This document shows, piece after piece, positions 1 to 12,490 of a stretch of DNA of 64,000 nucleotides. The DNA is from Takakia lepidozioides (taxonomy: Eukaryota > Plantae > Bryophyta): assembly GCA_030704615.1 (NCBI GenBank), contig CM060731.1, positions 51,212,001 through 51,276,000 of the forward strand, in the 5' to 3' direction. The position numbers and the translations under genes are program-made. The stretch's first letter is position 1, and the number at the start of each line of letters is the position of its first letter. The notes beneath the pieces are model-generated. The model saw nothing but the letters and a program-made list of their open reading frames with translations. It was not told where the DNA came from and did not search any database.

Positions 1-15
1 GATGCAGCAAACAAC

Positions 16-381
16 ATGACCAAAATTCAGATGAGGAGGAAGGATCAGTTTGATGAAGGTAAATTAAAGACTTTTAAGACGGGAGATTTGGTACTGTGGT
101 TGCAGAAGAAGGGAAAGATTAAAGCTTCTAAGCTTAAATCACCATGGAAAGGACCTTATGTCATACAAAAGATGTATGATAACAACACAGCCATGTTGCA
201 AACCATTAACAAAGAGATGCTGGGAAGAGTCAATGCCAATAAGTTGAAGGGATACAGTGGTATCCATGACAAACCATTGCAGCACGATTTGCTTGTTGAA
301 ACACAGAAACAGTCACAGGCTGCACCGGTGATACCAACGGAGTGTGGAGCATTTGTCATTAAGCCGAGTATGTATGGCTAG
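16..381 (+). CDS. Integrase C-terminal region (GPY/F), partial
   Basis: FKTGDLVLW...KLKSPWKGPYVIQK...VNANKLK, the typical Ty3/Gypsy integrase tail. Confidence 0.9.
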   Translation: MTKIQMRRKDQFDEGKLKTFKTGDLVLWLQKKGKIKASKLKSPWKGPYVIQKMYDNNTAMLQTINKEMLGRVNANKLKGYSGIHDKPLQHDLLVETQKQSQAAPVIPTECGAFVIKPSMYG

Positions 382-404
382 GGCGGAAGGTACAAGTGTT
401 CGCA

Positions 405-570
405 TAGCTATCAGAGCCCACCACAGGGTGACACAGTCAATCACAGCCCACCACAGTGTCACATAGTCAATCACAGCCCATCACAACATCACACAGCCTA
501 TCACAGCTCGTCACAGTCTGACACAGCCTGTCACAGCCTAACACAGCCCACGCAGGTTGCACAGTCCATA
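405..570 (+). repeat. (TC)ACAGCC minisatellite downstream of integrase
   Basis: Degenerate tandem acacagcc/tcacagcc units; same motif occurs in the LTR (5060-5225) and in copy B (28750-28868). Confidence 0.85.
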
Positions 571-1326
571 GGGTTAGTGACAGGTGGATGCGGGTTAACG
601 TCAGAAAAGTGGCGGTGGGTGAACGGACAGCTTGGAAGTCAAACACAGAGAATGTGCCACACGGACAGGGGAAGACGGAGGCATGTCTAAAAATGAACAC
701 GTGGCCACTAGGGCGAAGCACACCGCGGTGCATATATTGCAAAAGTGGGTGTCATCATACAAGAGGACAAACTGGGCCGTCAAAGTACCTAACCGGTACA
801 ACAGCCAAAACTATTTGTGGGCCCATTAATGCATTCAGGGTGAAAGTAAAGGAACCCTTCACGAGTACAGAAAAATGGGACTTTTGCCACATGTGCTGTC
901 CTAGTGGACATTCCAGGTGGGAATGTCTACTGAGGGAGGTAACATTAAGAAGTTACTCAAGGGGGCAATAGCCAATCTGGAGCGAGAATTTCATGCAGGA
1001 GGTTCCCTCCAAGAAACAAGAACAAGAAATTAGAAATGTTATGAGCGGAAGAGTCGGGGTGACTCCGAATAACCAGTGTCTCAACAGGAGGGGCAATCAA
1101 AGCTATAGCTTTGTAGCTATGGCGGATATTACAGATTATACGCTCGCTTTACTTCTTACGCAGTGGCGCAAGGACGGACGGGTTGAGAGTACATTCTCTC
1201 TCACTCGGTACTTGCAAGCCCCACACGCACTTACCCATTCTCTTTTGTGCCAATCATACTTTTATGCTCTACGCCTTGCAAGCCTTCCTACAACTGTTTC
1301 AAACAAGGCCTTCTTGTTTGTCTGGG

Positions 1327-4300
1327 ATGAAGAGAGTGAGGGGAATGGAGGATATCAGGGTGAAGAGCACCATGATTCTGCAGAAGCAAACAATTGCTAC
1401 ACCACAGGCAGTGCAGCTGCTAAAGGAGTTGCGATTGGAAGGGCTGCTATGCAAGGACTGGTCTTTGGATCATCGGAAGTATCTGATTCAATTCATTCAG
1501 AACTTTGAGCCTAAGACAGGAGTTACACAGGTGAGGGGAGTAGATATAGAGATTACTCCCCAGTACTTGCAGCAACTGTTTGAATTGCCATTTGGGCATG
1601 TGAATGTGGATGAACACAGGGCAAGATTGCAAATGGTCAATTTGTTCCAAGAAGGGAGTTTCTTTAAAACTCAAGGATACACCTGCACCAAGGCTGAGTA
1701 CCCAGGGCTAAGAGAAGTTGGCCAAATACTGAATGTTCTGTTTGCCATGAAACAGAACCAACAGTACATGAGCAGATCATTCACGGAGGAGATACTGAAA
1801 GCCTTGAGGGGAGAGGATGTAGCTTGGGCGGAGTTGATGTACAATGGTCTAGTGGAAGAGATGAAGCGGTTACAGGGCACTGTAGCTAAGTCTCCGATCA
1901 TAGTGTCTGGCCCAATAATTACGCAAATTATCCTTGATTCTTGCATACTTGATGCACAAGAACGTAAGGAGATGGGAGTGTTTGAGACAACAACCACTGC
2001 AATTGAGGAACAGGGCTCTTAACATGGTGAAGGTGGATTGGAGGGGCAGCACCAGTCCAAGAGGCAGAAGCGGGATACGACTGCGGCAGATCCACTAGCT
2101 TGACGGAAACCACAAGATGATGTTTCCATAGTTCTTGTACAGGATGGGGAACAACAGCACAGAGGGCTGTTGTTACTAGAAGCACGGCCCGTGGAGAGGA
2201 AGAAGTTACCTCAGTACCACAACCACCACAGTCAGTTGACTCAATTGTTCCGGGGGTCACTCAGATAGTACATGCTGTTACACCAGAGCCTATTGCTCTG
2301 GAAGGAGAAGGGCTGGACATTCCCACTACAGAGCAGGTAGTGGCAGAAATTGAGAAGAGGGACCTTCTCTATGAAAACTCTGGCTTGGTCAGGGAACTAG
2401 TGGTGCCAAAGATGCAGAGTTTGACCGAGGAAATCCATGTTGTGCATGTGATGCCTGAACCTGTGGAGGAGGTTCCAGAGGTAGAAGATAGGGGCACTGC
2501 AGCACCTGTGGAGAATGAGGTCGTTCAGGACGAAGATCTTGTGGGAACATGACCTGAATGGTTGGTGAAACATCACACTGTGGAGAATCAGGATGACCAC
2601 CAACAGGGTTCCCATGAAGACCCACAGCAGGCCATGCTTATGAGTTCCATAAGCAGAACACTCAATTTGTTGGGCACATATGTGAAATCTCATATTCCAT
2701 CTACACAATTGGCAGCTTTGAGAGAGGAACTCAAGCAGGAGTTTGAGGCTAGAATTGCAACTGAGTGTGCAAACAAGGTGGATGTGGAGGCCAACCTCAA
2801 GTTGCAGAAAGAATTGGAGGACACCAAGGCTGCCCTACAGCTAGCAAAGGGGAATCTGATTGAAGCGGGTCTGGAGCAGGGGAAGCTGCATGAAGCACAT
2901 AAGCAGCAGCTATACCAATTGCAGGTGAAGCATGAGGGCAAATTGCAGGAAGTGACGGTGCTTCATACAGAGTTGTAGACAGTTCGTTAGAGAATGACCA
3001 TACAATGTGCCACCCTAATAACAGCTCTAGAGCAAACTGCATTAGAAGTTAACAGACGAACAGAGAGATGTATGATGGCAGAGGCTGAGACAGTAGAGCA
3101 GGGGAAACTTATTGCTGATCTGAAAGCTACTCTCCATTGCAATGAGGATACTTTCCAACAGTACAGTCAGGTTGAGGCTGAGAAGGAAATATTCATCATG
3201 CAGTTGCAGCAATCACTCACGGGTCACAAGAATGAACTCTCTGTGGCTAACAAGGCTTGGAAGGAAGCCAATAATATGGCTGCTGCCTATGCGGCCCTGG
3301 TTGAACCTCATGCAAAGCGCATGAAGGCCTTACAACAGCAGTTAGATGTGTACAGACTTAAGGAGGAGCAGACTCTCAGGGGTGCTATACAGGACTTGGT
3401 GGATAATCATCTTATGCAAGTATGGTTAACACAAGGGTCGGTGGAAGGGAAGGCACCACGAAAGCTCACTCAGGGGGAGATGAATGATCTCAGGTTGCAG
3501 GTGCAGAACATTGCCACAAGTACTATAGACAATGTCTATAGTAGGATAGCAGAGTTACAAGATGATGTGGAAGGGCTGCAGACTCAAGTAGATGACTTGA
3601 GTTCCAACATTGACAAACGAGTCTTTGTTCCTGAGGAGCAGCTGGTGGCTACTTATTTGCATGCTAGAACCCTGGTTTTTCAGTCTTCATCACAAGAGGT
3701 ACAAGAAATGTCAGTAATAGAAAAGACAGTGGCGGCAATATCACAGCCCCCACAGCCGGTGGCTGTGCAAGTGGCTGACACTATTGATACCGTGACAATG
3801 CCACAGGCTAAGGTTTGGGGGGATGCTGCTTTTCACCCACCTAGGACTCCTGATGCACTGGAGTACAATCGGGCTATGACTATGTCCTTCAACCAAATTC
3901 CCATTGTGATGGATTTGGCTTGGAAGGAATTCAGTCCTCCATAGTCTTTGACACATTATTACCAGATCATGCGCATTTGGTTGCCAGTGGCCACTAGGAC
4001 TAAGGTTTTTCCAAACAATCGACCCATTGAGGATCATCATTTTGCAAGGTACTGGTCTGAGGCAGGCACCATGCTGAGGGAACTAATTGTCTTTCAGGTT
4101 GTCCATGGGTACATCTAAACCAAAACCAAGGAGGTATCTAGTATTTTCATGGGCTGTGGATTATACTATGTTGCTTGTTTCATTACATGATATCACATTG
4201 AGCAGCAGAAGATGCAGTCAAGATTTTTGAGTTATTCCAGTGGAGATCATTGGGTCTTACCTTCAGTTCCACCTCATATGTATCTATATGATACAAAAAT

Positions 4301-4882
4301 CATGATGCAAAATGATTCCCAGCTTCGTTCATGGTTTAATTTGGCTTGGAACAGCTTGGCCAAAGAAAAATTGGGCCCTGATGATATTTTTTATAAGGGA
4401 CATGAAGCCTGGAAATACTTACACTGTTCCAAGGTCATTGGCACACCTCTCTCATATACGGCCAAGGAGTTCAGGGAGTTCACTCATTTTGCTTGCAAGC
4501 GATTAAAGCAAGTAGTCCAGTTCAAGCTTCCAGACATGGTGGGCCAACACTGCATGCCATGCAGGATTCCTGAGGAACCACTTAAGGTTCGGCCGCCGAA
4601 ACACCTCAGGGGGAAGATGATTATGATACTACTGGTTCTACAGAGGAACCTTTTGACATGGCGGAGGACTACGCACTTTAGATGGCAGAGAAGAAACGGC
4701 GGGGATCTCCTATGCCTGAGAGGTTACCTCGTTATCAACCACAGGAGGGTTGGGCATTTCCGTTTGGTACTCAATCGTCTTCATCACCCAGTGACAGGGC
4801 TCGGGCTCGCACACAGAGCCTTCCAAAGGATTCTCACCGTCAGAAGGGTGCTCGATCACAACGGTTTGTTGATCCTAAATAG
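1327..4882 (+). pseudogene. Extra 3' ORF of the retrotransposon (env-position; Athila/Transposase_32-like N-terminus, acidic linker, coiled coil), with premature stops and a frameshift
   Basis: ORF pieces 1183-2022, 2340-2552, 2562-2978, 2994-3944, 4212-4892 and 4682-4882 join from MKRVRGMEDI to SQRFVDPK; colinear with 25623-28037 in copy B. Confidence 0.8.
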
Positions 4883-4906
4883 TAAACCGTGAGGACACGG
4901 CTTTTT

Positions 4907-4921
4907 GAGAAGGGGGAGGGG
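4907..4921 (+). other. Polypurine tract of copy A
   Basis: gagaagggggagggg, 3 nt before the LTR start TGTTAG. Confidence 0.9.
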
Positions 4922-4924
4922 TAA

Positions 4925-5878
4925 TGTTAGAGAGCTGTCTGGGACTTAGACACTTTTATGGGCTTTGTGGCGTACCCTTAATTTTTGCGCAGACTTACAG
5001 ATGGTAGACTTAGACCAACAGAGGCCTTAGGGGTGACAGCATAGGCTTTAGGGGTGGTAGACAGTTGTACACAACCTATCATAGTCTATCATGGCCATAC
5101 ACAGCTTTATACAGCCCGACACAGCCTATCACAGTTATTCACAGTCTATCACAGCCCGACACAGTCCGACACAGCTAGTCACAGCTCGGCATAGTCACAA
5201 CCCGACACAGCTTGGCACAGCTGTCACAACGTACGTAGGGAACGGTTATCATTGGCAGGGAATGATTGTGTGGGAATGACATCCTGCAGAGGGAACGTGT
5301 TACTTCTTAGGTGACAGTTAGTTAGTTAGGCGTTTAGAACAGCTTGCAGGTAGATTAGGCAGAGCAACAACATGAAGGGGATCACTTCATGGGGAGCACT
5401 TCTTGGTCATGAGTGGAGGAGATGAAGTGGAGAGCAGGAACGGAACCAAGGATGGAGAACACGGCGAAGATGGGAAGATGATTGGATCGATGCTTGATTC
5501 ATGCAAGCTGTAGAATCGTATTGTAGAACAGATTAGAGACACTATGACTACGGCCTGATACTGAACAGAGATTAATATGATACACATTCCTTACCCATAC
5601 CGTGTAGAGAGAACTGAGTGAAGCTGTGGAATGAATGGTTGAGCAATCAAAACCTGGTAGATTGCTGAAGCAAACTATTTCTCAAATATAAACAGTAAGG
5701 TAATATGCTGATATGAAGGCAAGAAAGAATACAAACAAGAAACACTACCATGATACACCAGATATAGGTCATGACTGATTGTTCTGAGCGGGTTAAGTGC
5801 TTAGAGATATCCAACTCTTCTATCTTGGAGTTCCCTCCTCGGATAGCGAAGGGATGGGTGAGTAAAAGCCGCTCGACA
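4925..5878 (+). repeat. 3' LTR of copy A
   Basis: tgttagagagctg...gccgctcgaca; similar to the 5' LTR of copy C (43823-44630). Confidence 0.93.
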
Positions 5879-6689
5879 CAAGCATTTAGATTTTCTCAAG
5901 TTATCCAGCTCGGGGTTTCTAGCAACTCTAGTGAAGAGTCTGTAGGGACCTTTTTGGATTCCGGGAGCGGATTCATCATCATCATTCATAGTATCAATGT
6001 TTGAGTGGTAATATTGCTCAAGAGCCTCACTGATAGTGATCCCATTCTCCATCAACTTCGTCCGATTCAAAGGCCACTTTACTAATGACATGAGCATTCT
6101 AGAATCCCCTTCTACAACTCGCGTAATAATAACACCAACATGGTCCTCTCCCAATTTCTCATCGAGAATAACTTCGTCAGGAAAAGATGCTTGAATTCTC
6201 CCTTCATTCATATGTTCAAATTCACCTCCAAAAAAAGAGCACATCAAATCTCTCCACTTATCTCTTCCCGAGAAAATCTTCTGTAAATGATTCCTGATTA
6301 GTGCAAGTTAGATCCTCATCATGGTCCACGGCCACTTCAACCTCATTTGTGTCTACCTCATACGTCTGAGAGCTCTCATAGTCTCTCACTCCAGTCTCAG
6401 ATACAGAAGCATTGTCGACTTGGATCAACTTGATATCTTGAACATCCCAGCAAACTGGCGTTCCAATCGCCTCCCCCATAGTGTCCGCTCCCATGTGAAG
6501 GTATGGGAGATTGGTCTTCTCGTTTGCATTTGAACAGCTGATTACCACCACACATATTGTTGCGGAAGTAAGCTAGAGACCATGGCATGTCCCACCTCCA
6601 GAGACATTTAGACAATCACCAAGGGCGACGGCCTCAGCACCCCCGTGAAGATATAGAAACACTTTATCTCCACTTTTCAATCTAGTCAT
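5879..6689 (-). pseudogene. CACTA-associated (Tnp1/En-Spm Transposase_23/DUF8039-like) domain pseudogene, interrupted by copy A
   Basis: MTRLKSGDKVFLYL..AVALG..CHG..LP..GADTMGEAIGTPVCW, then a second similar unit (EGRIQ..LGEDHVGVII..LVKWP); in-frame stops; cut by the LTR at 5878. Confidence 0.55.
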
Positions 6690-6694
6690 GTTGA

Positions 6695-7150
6695 TGTGAG
6701 CAACTATAGTCACAAGAACTGAGGAACGATGCTTTCGGACGTGGGTCCTAAATACCACCTAGTCAGGATTTGACTTCCCAATGAGACAATCTCCGTGCCA
6801 AGTTGTGAACCCGCCCGGGCCTCCTCATGCAGTAAACTCCTAGATTTGTAAGCAACTATAGTCACAGGAACTGATGAACGACGATTTTCGGACCTGGGTC
6901 CTAAGTATCAGCCAGTCAAGATTTGACTTCCCAATGAGACGATCTCCATGCCAAATTGCGAACCCCGCCCGGGCCTCCTCATGTAGTAAACTCTTGGATT
7001 TGTGAGCAACTATAGTCACAGGAACTGATGAACAATGCTTTCGGACCTAGGTCCAATGTATCACCGAGTCAAGATTTGAATTTCCAATGAAACGTTTAAC
7101 TCATAGGCAACTGATGATCTCCGTGAATCCCACCTGGGCCTCCTCATTTA
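6695..7150. repeat. ~153-bp tandem repeat, about 3 copies, each with a ggacc/ggtcc palindrome
   Basis: gcaactatagtcac...tttcggacctgggtcc...gggcctcctcat recurs at ~6700, ~6852 and ~7005. Confidence 0.85.
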
Positions 7151-8164
7151 GAGACTCATTGACTGTGGACACATGGTTTGTAATTTCATCACAAGATAAT
7201 ATCAAGATTGAGTCAGGATATGTAACTTTCACAGACACTGATTTCGGACCTTGTTTTGAAGTCCCACCTTGTGAAGTCTTATGTTAAAATAATGGAAAAA
7301 TTGGATGAAAGTCAGATCATGACTTCATGAGGTTAAACAATGTAATGGATGAATGGATGATAATTGGATGAATTATGAATGGATGGATGAGAAGTGAATG
7401 GATGATGTTTCTGTAATCAATGAAATGTATGAGTCTAGATGAAGGAGATTTGAGAGAAATTTTGCAACAGTGCGACACTTCGGCCTAAGGTCCGGACTCC
7501 GAACCAACCTAAGCACGTCAAAAAGTGGATAAAAAAATGGATGTTTTGGTGAAGTGTGATGAGTGCGGATGTGGATAGGTGAATAATTTGGGACTTATGG
7601 TTAAGACTTTCAATGGGATAAAGATCTAGTATATAGACAGAAAATAAGATGGAAAGACGGTCATTGAGAAAGGCGTCTCCAGAGGTGGAGATGACCAAGA
7701 TGAGAGAAGATAGAGAGGGGGGAAGGAGAGAGCAAGCGAGAGGATGGAAACGACTAATGAGGTGCAATAAGCACGAAAAGAGTGAGAATGAGGTGAGGCC
7801 TCATATTTATACATCTCAGATGCATTGTGTGCTAGGACGTGGTCGCTGAAGAGAGGTGCAAACACTACGACGAGGATTGATCTAGTGAAGCCGTCAGATT
7901 TTGGAGAGTCACGATCATGCGGTTGAGATTGCAAGTGAGCTAGCTTCCCATCATATTGGAATTTTGAATAGATGATGGAGAGGCCCTACCAAGTCATTAT
8001 GGCGGATAAGGGTGTGGGACGGAGCTAGAAGGTCAGCTAGCTATCTGAGTATCCCCTATAATGGCAAGTGCGGGGCCCTCACAAGAGCTTTCCTGCCAGC
8101 CTCATAATGGGCCAAATGGTGCGTAGCTTCAGCTTATAAATACTCCCTAGATCCGCCACCAATA

Positions 8165-8235
8165 GCCAGTAGCTCAGTTGGATTGTGCACATTGTGTCCC
8201 CCCACTGGTTTGGGATCAAATCCTGCTACCACGGC
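8165..8235 (+). mobile_element. tRNA-derived SINE head (degenerate)
   Basis: A-box tagctcagttgg and B-box-like ggatcaaatcc; resembles the head of the SINE at 8757-8982. Confidence 0.45.
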
Positions 8236-8351
8236 CTTTGTCGTTTGATTTGTGCTTGGGATTGTAAAAAGCAAAAAAAGAAAGATCCGCCACCATTTTG
8301 GGAGACCCACCACCATCTTTGATTGGATGGCCCACTTTCTTCTCCCAAAAT

Positions 8352-8352
8352 C

Positions 8353-8383
<31 letters not shown>

Positions 8384-8422
8384 AATACTAACTAGTATAT
8401 ATATAGTTAGTTAGTTAGTTAG
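8352..8422. repeat. (CTAA)n-(TA)n-(TTAG)n inverted microsatellite
   Basis: ctaactaactaa...tatata...tatatagttagttagttag, capable of forming a hairpin. Confidence 0.8.
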
Positions 8423-8756
8423 CATTGATATTGGTTCCAGGTTCGAACCCACATCCCATCCTCTCCGGAGCTTTTATTTTTATATCTTGCAAGCTAAACT
8501 TGTGCCCAATTCAATATTTATAACTGGATGCAAAAAGAATGCAAAGAATATGGAGGTTCAAATATGGAGGTCTTTTCTCTTTTTGTTGTGTTGTTAAGGA
8601 GCCTTGAGCTATAAGAAATCTCCAATCACAGCTAAAACAAATGTTACATATATATCATTCCTTAAATGTCATATAACCCAAACAATACCTCTTTAGATCT
8701 CGCATATATGTACGTAAAAAGAAACCTGACAGCCCACAATTTAGGTCCTTGAGGGG

Positions 8757-8982
8757 TTTTTATTTATTTAAGGAAATATGGGAGCGATAGCCCACAATTC
8801 AGGCCCTTGAGGAGGGGGAAAGATTAACCCCCTTTCATTTATGAACCATGAGACCTACGGGACGATCAACGCCCAGACATACCGTCACACGAACAATCCC
8901 ACACACGGGGCAGGGCAGCAGGTTCGAACCTTGAACCACCTGAGTGACACACACTGTGCACTTACCAGCTGAGCTACCAGCC
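8757..8982 (-). mobile_element. tRNA-derived SINE
   Basis: Minus strand ggctggTAGCTCAGCTGGtaagtgcac...GGTTCGAACC (Pol III A and B boxes), unique body, A-rich tail; second copy at 19961-20159. Confidence 0.8.
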
Positions 8983-11371
8983 GATGTGCTTTTTTTTCAA
9001 TCTCAAACCCCTCCATCTTGCATTGGAAATTAACACCAAAATATTATGCAATATCTTATCAATTTTCTCTTTTACCATAGATTGTTTTTTTTGTGTTTTG
9101 TACATATTGAAGAACATCATATATTCTTTAAAACCATTAAATTATATATTAATGGAAATAATTATCCATACCCGGAAACTATTCATACCCTCAGGGTATA
9201 TTTTGGCATATATATCCATACCCGGGGGTTATATAGAAATCTAAAAAGTTAATTTACCCATACCCGGAGGGTAAATAATTTTTTGAGATTTCAATTTATC
9301 CATACTTGGAGGGTAAATGATTTGACAAAAATAACTTACTTATACCCTATGGGTATATTGAAATCAATATACCCGTACAATACTGGTTCGAACCTTGGAC
9401 CTAGGATTAATAAAATAAATTGGAATTGATGTAGGGAGCCCACGTGGGGATCCCACATGTGGAGCCCACGAGACTCCCCACATGTGGAGCCCACGAGACC
9501 TGACAGGAGCCGTCGCCCCCTAGGTTGTAAATACGGTATTAATGTCATTAATATTTTTCAAGGCGTCGACATATCGGCCCTAATGTTGGATGGATTAATT
9601 TGCATGGGAGATGGATGAAAATATAGATGGGTGGATGATTATTCCATGCCCATCCATCCATGAAATTAATGAATTCCATCCCCATTGCCACAACCGTCGG
9701 ATCAAAGGTTTGATCTGACGGTTGTGACACCAGAGACTACATACGGCATACTCCTCGATTCACACCTCGAGCTTTCAGACTCTGCAACTAGGCTGTCAAC
9801 GTTGGGAGAGAGAGAGAGAGAGACGCCATGTGTATGTGTAGGAGAGAGCAACGTGTGTGTGAGAGAGAGCAACGCAGGGAGAGAGAGAGAAAGAGTGTGG
9901 GTGTGAGAGAGAACCCTAGACTTGTGCACTGTGTGTGAGAGAGAAGAGCCTCGAAGAGAGAGCCCGACGGAGCAGCCGCGACGAGCAAACCAACGGCCCA
10001 CTGCAGTGCCTTGAAGCAGGAAAGGAGGGGTAGCTTGACAAGGAGCCTTTGCAAGTGTCACAAGGCCAAAAGGGAGTGCGTTCTTTTCAATTTTGTTTTT
10101 GTTTTGTCTTTTGTTTTTGTTTTTCTAGTGTCAGGCTCATTCTTCGCTTGCAATGCAGATGGCGACGAAGAGAGAGTAGTGGGTGAATGTTTGTTGAATA
10201 TCTTTTCAACGAAAGATGTCGTGTTATCTGTCTCTACACATCCCTAAGCACTCACATAAGCAAATTATACGTACGTGCAGGGCAATTTTTGGAGAGGGGA
10301 TTTTGTATTTGAAACAGGCGGAGTGTCTTGAAGCAAGGAAGGAAGGATCATCATAGCTTGGCGGAGCCTTGTCAAGTGTCACAAGCCATACTCCAAGTAT
10401 CATGTGAGTCCTTTTGTTCTTCGTGTACGGGAAAACCCGCCCGTAGCAACCAGTGAATTCGTTGAAGTTTTCAGGCACTTGGTCGGATTTTCCATAGAAA
10501 TTAGATCTCTACTCGTACCTATACAGGCATGTAGGGCTTCCACTTGTTTTCTCGATTATATGTATCTTCAGACAGATCAGGTTTGTGCCAGTAGTTTCCA
10601 TACCAAGTGTTGTAGGATTCTACTCAGATGCGTGTTGCGATTCAACAAAACAGAGCTAGAGTAAGATGATAACAGAATGGACCTGCAGCATGCTACATTT
10701 ATAGCATTGCACTGCCATGAACTGATGGCTACCACCACACCGAATGTTCCATGTCCTTGTCTGCGTTTCGTCCCTACCTCCGTCTCTCATCGATTCTCTC
10801 TGAATATGGTTGCTCGCAAGCGAGGCCTATATCTCTCATTGTCTCCTTATGTCCAATCATTATTACTTCTTCCTCACACTCAAAGACCTCTCATTTGAAC
10901 GCCAACAGATCATTGTCTCTTTTCTTTTCGTTACTAGTCTTAAGCTCTTGGTTGCTTCATTTTTAACCAACGGAGCGAGCTTTGCCGACCAACGCCACCG
11001 ACACATCACAACATGAAACAGTCACTATGAAACACAAAATGAGGAAATTAGGAACCCTAACAATATGATGTGAAATTTGGTAGACCATCATGGATTTGGT
11101 CCAGATTATCATTTGGGCAGATGTAGGGGTTGTCTTTGATTCAGTTGTTTTTCTGTTGGGAGGGAGAGCTGTAGGGAAGGAGCGAGAGCCGGCAAGCGGC
11201 AGCCATGGCGGGGTCAAGCATACACATCCTCATTCCTTCCCTGATAACCCACTTCTGCTCTCATGCAATGCACCACCACCCATTGGTGATCTGCTCTCCT
11301 TTTATTTATAACATGTTTTTATTTATAAAACTCTACATGCCTCCATCCCTCATTCTTTAAAGTAAATTTAA

Positions 11372-11399
<28 letters not shown>

Positions 11400-11402
<3 letters not shown>

Positions 11403-12490
11403 CTGAAGTTGAACACTCAGCAGCTCAAGTTGACAACTTCAGCTTTTTGTTAAGAGAAAAATGGTAAAATATTTTTGTTTGAATTATATTTTGGACCTAG
11501 GTCCCATTTTTTTTAAATTAAAATTTTAAATTGTCTAATAATTAAAAAAAACCTGAAGTTGTCAACTGGAGCAGCTCAAGTTGTGCACTCAGCGGCTCAA
11601 GTGACAACTTCAGCTTTTTATTAAAGAACATTTGTAAAATATTTTTGTTTAAATTATATTTTGGACCTAGGTCCGTCCTAAGTTTTATTAGCACCCATGA
11701 GCAATGTATCCATGTTTCATGTATCCATGTATGTATGGATCATGTACCCATGGCCCCTATGTATTCATGTTCTCAGCATACCAATGTGAGCTCATAAAGA
11801 CCTAATAGAGGCCACGGTATAACAATACACCTCTCACGATGATGGGTCCGAAACTCAGCATCCTCTGAGAAGGGAACATGTGTCCATGTTCTCATAATAT
11901 CAATATGAGCTCACATATACATAATAGAGGCCACTGTGTATTAGTGCCTCGCTAAGAATGGTGGATTTTGGACCTGGGTCCGAAACTCACGGTCTTGGTC
12001 ATGTCTATGTGTATCCATGTTCTTAGAGTGTCTGTATAGCTCACAAAAACCTAATAGAGGCAACAGTTCAAGAGTGCCAAGCTACGAAAGGTGTGTTTTG
12101 AACAAAAACCTAGTAGTGGCAACAGTTTAAGAGTGCCAAGCTCCGAAACACACAATCATGGTCATACATTTAGGTGTCTATGTTCTCAGAGTACTAGTAG
12201 GAGCTCATATTGACCATATAGAGGCGAGGTTTAAAAGTGCCTCTACCAGGAAGTGTGTTTCGGACCCAGGTCCGAAACCGACAATCCTGATTAAGTATCC
12301 AAACATCCATGCTCAAACAGTCTCTATGTGTGCTAAAACAATCCTAACAAAAAAAGACAATATAGTGCCTCGCTCAACATGTGGTTATCGGAGCCCACAA
12401 TACTGATAATGTCTCCATGCATCCATGTCCTGAGAGTGCAAATATGGTCTCAAAAAAACCTATAGAGGCCATGGGTCCGAGACCAACAAC
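11400..12490. repeat. Degenerate tandem repeats (duplicated ctgaagttg..caacttcag block, then ~120-150-bp catgttctc...atagaggcc units) with ggacc..ggtcc palindromes
   Basis: Recurring catgttct/gagctca/cctaatagaggc and ggacctgggtccgaa blocks. Confidence 0.7.

Larger units (their letters stand above)
1..5878 (+). mobile_element. Ty3/Gypsy LTR retrotransposon copy A (3' half; non-chromovirus, Athila/Phygy-like)
   Basis: Integrase C-terminus with GPY/F motif, long 3' ORF, PPT (4907-4921), and a TG...CA LTR homologous to the LTRs at 24685, 35041 and 43823. Confidence 0.93.

Noticed and set aside
588-1508. ORFs in the spacer between integrase and the 3' ORF (and the N-terminal part of 27861-28748)
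   Set aside because: Reading frames are not consistently preserved between copies A and B upstream of MKRVRG; treated as non-coding leader
5801-6247. 148-aa ORF as a complete gene
   Set aside because: Chimeric: its C-terminus runs into antisense LTR sequence; it is part of an interrupted pseudogene
8905-8982. tRNA gene
   Set aside because: A/B boxes are present but there is no clean cloverleaf, and it continues into a repeated body with an A-rich tail, so it is a SINE
9800-10250. ORFs over GA/GT-rich sequence
   Set aside because: Products of microsatellite-like low complexity
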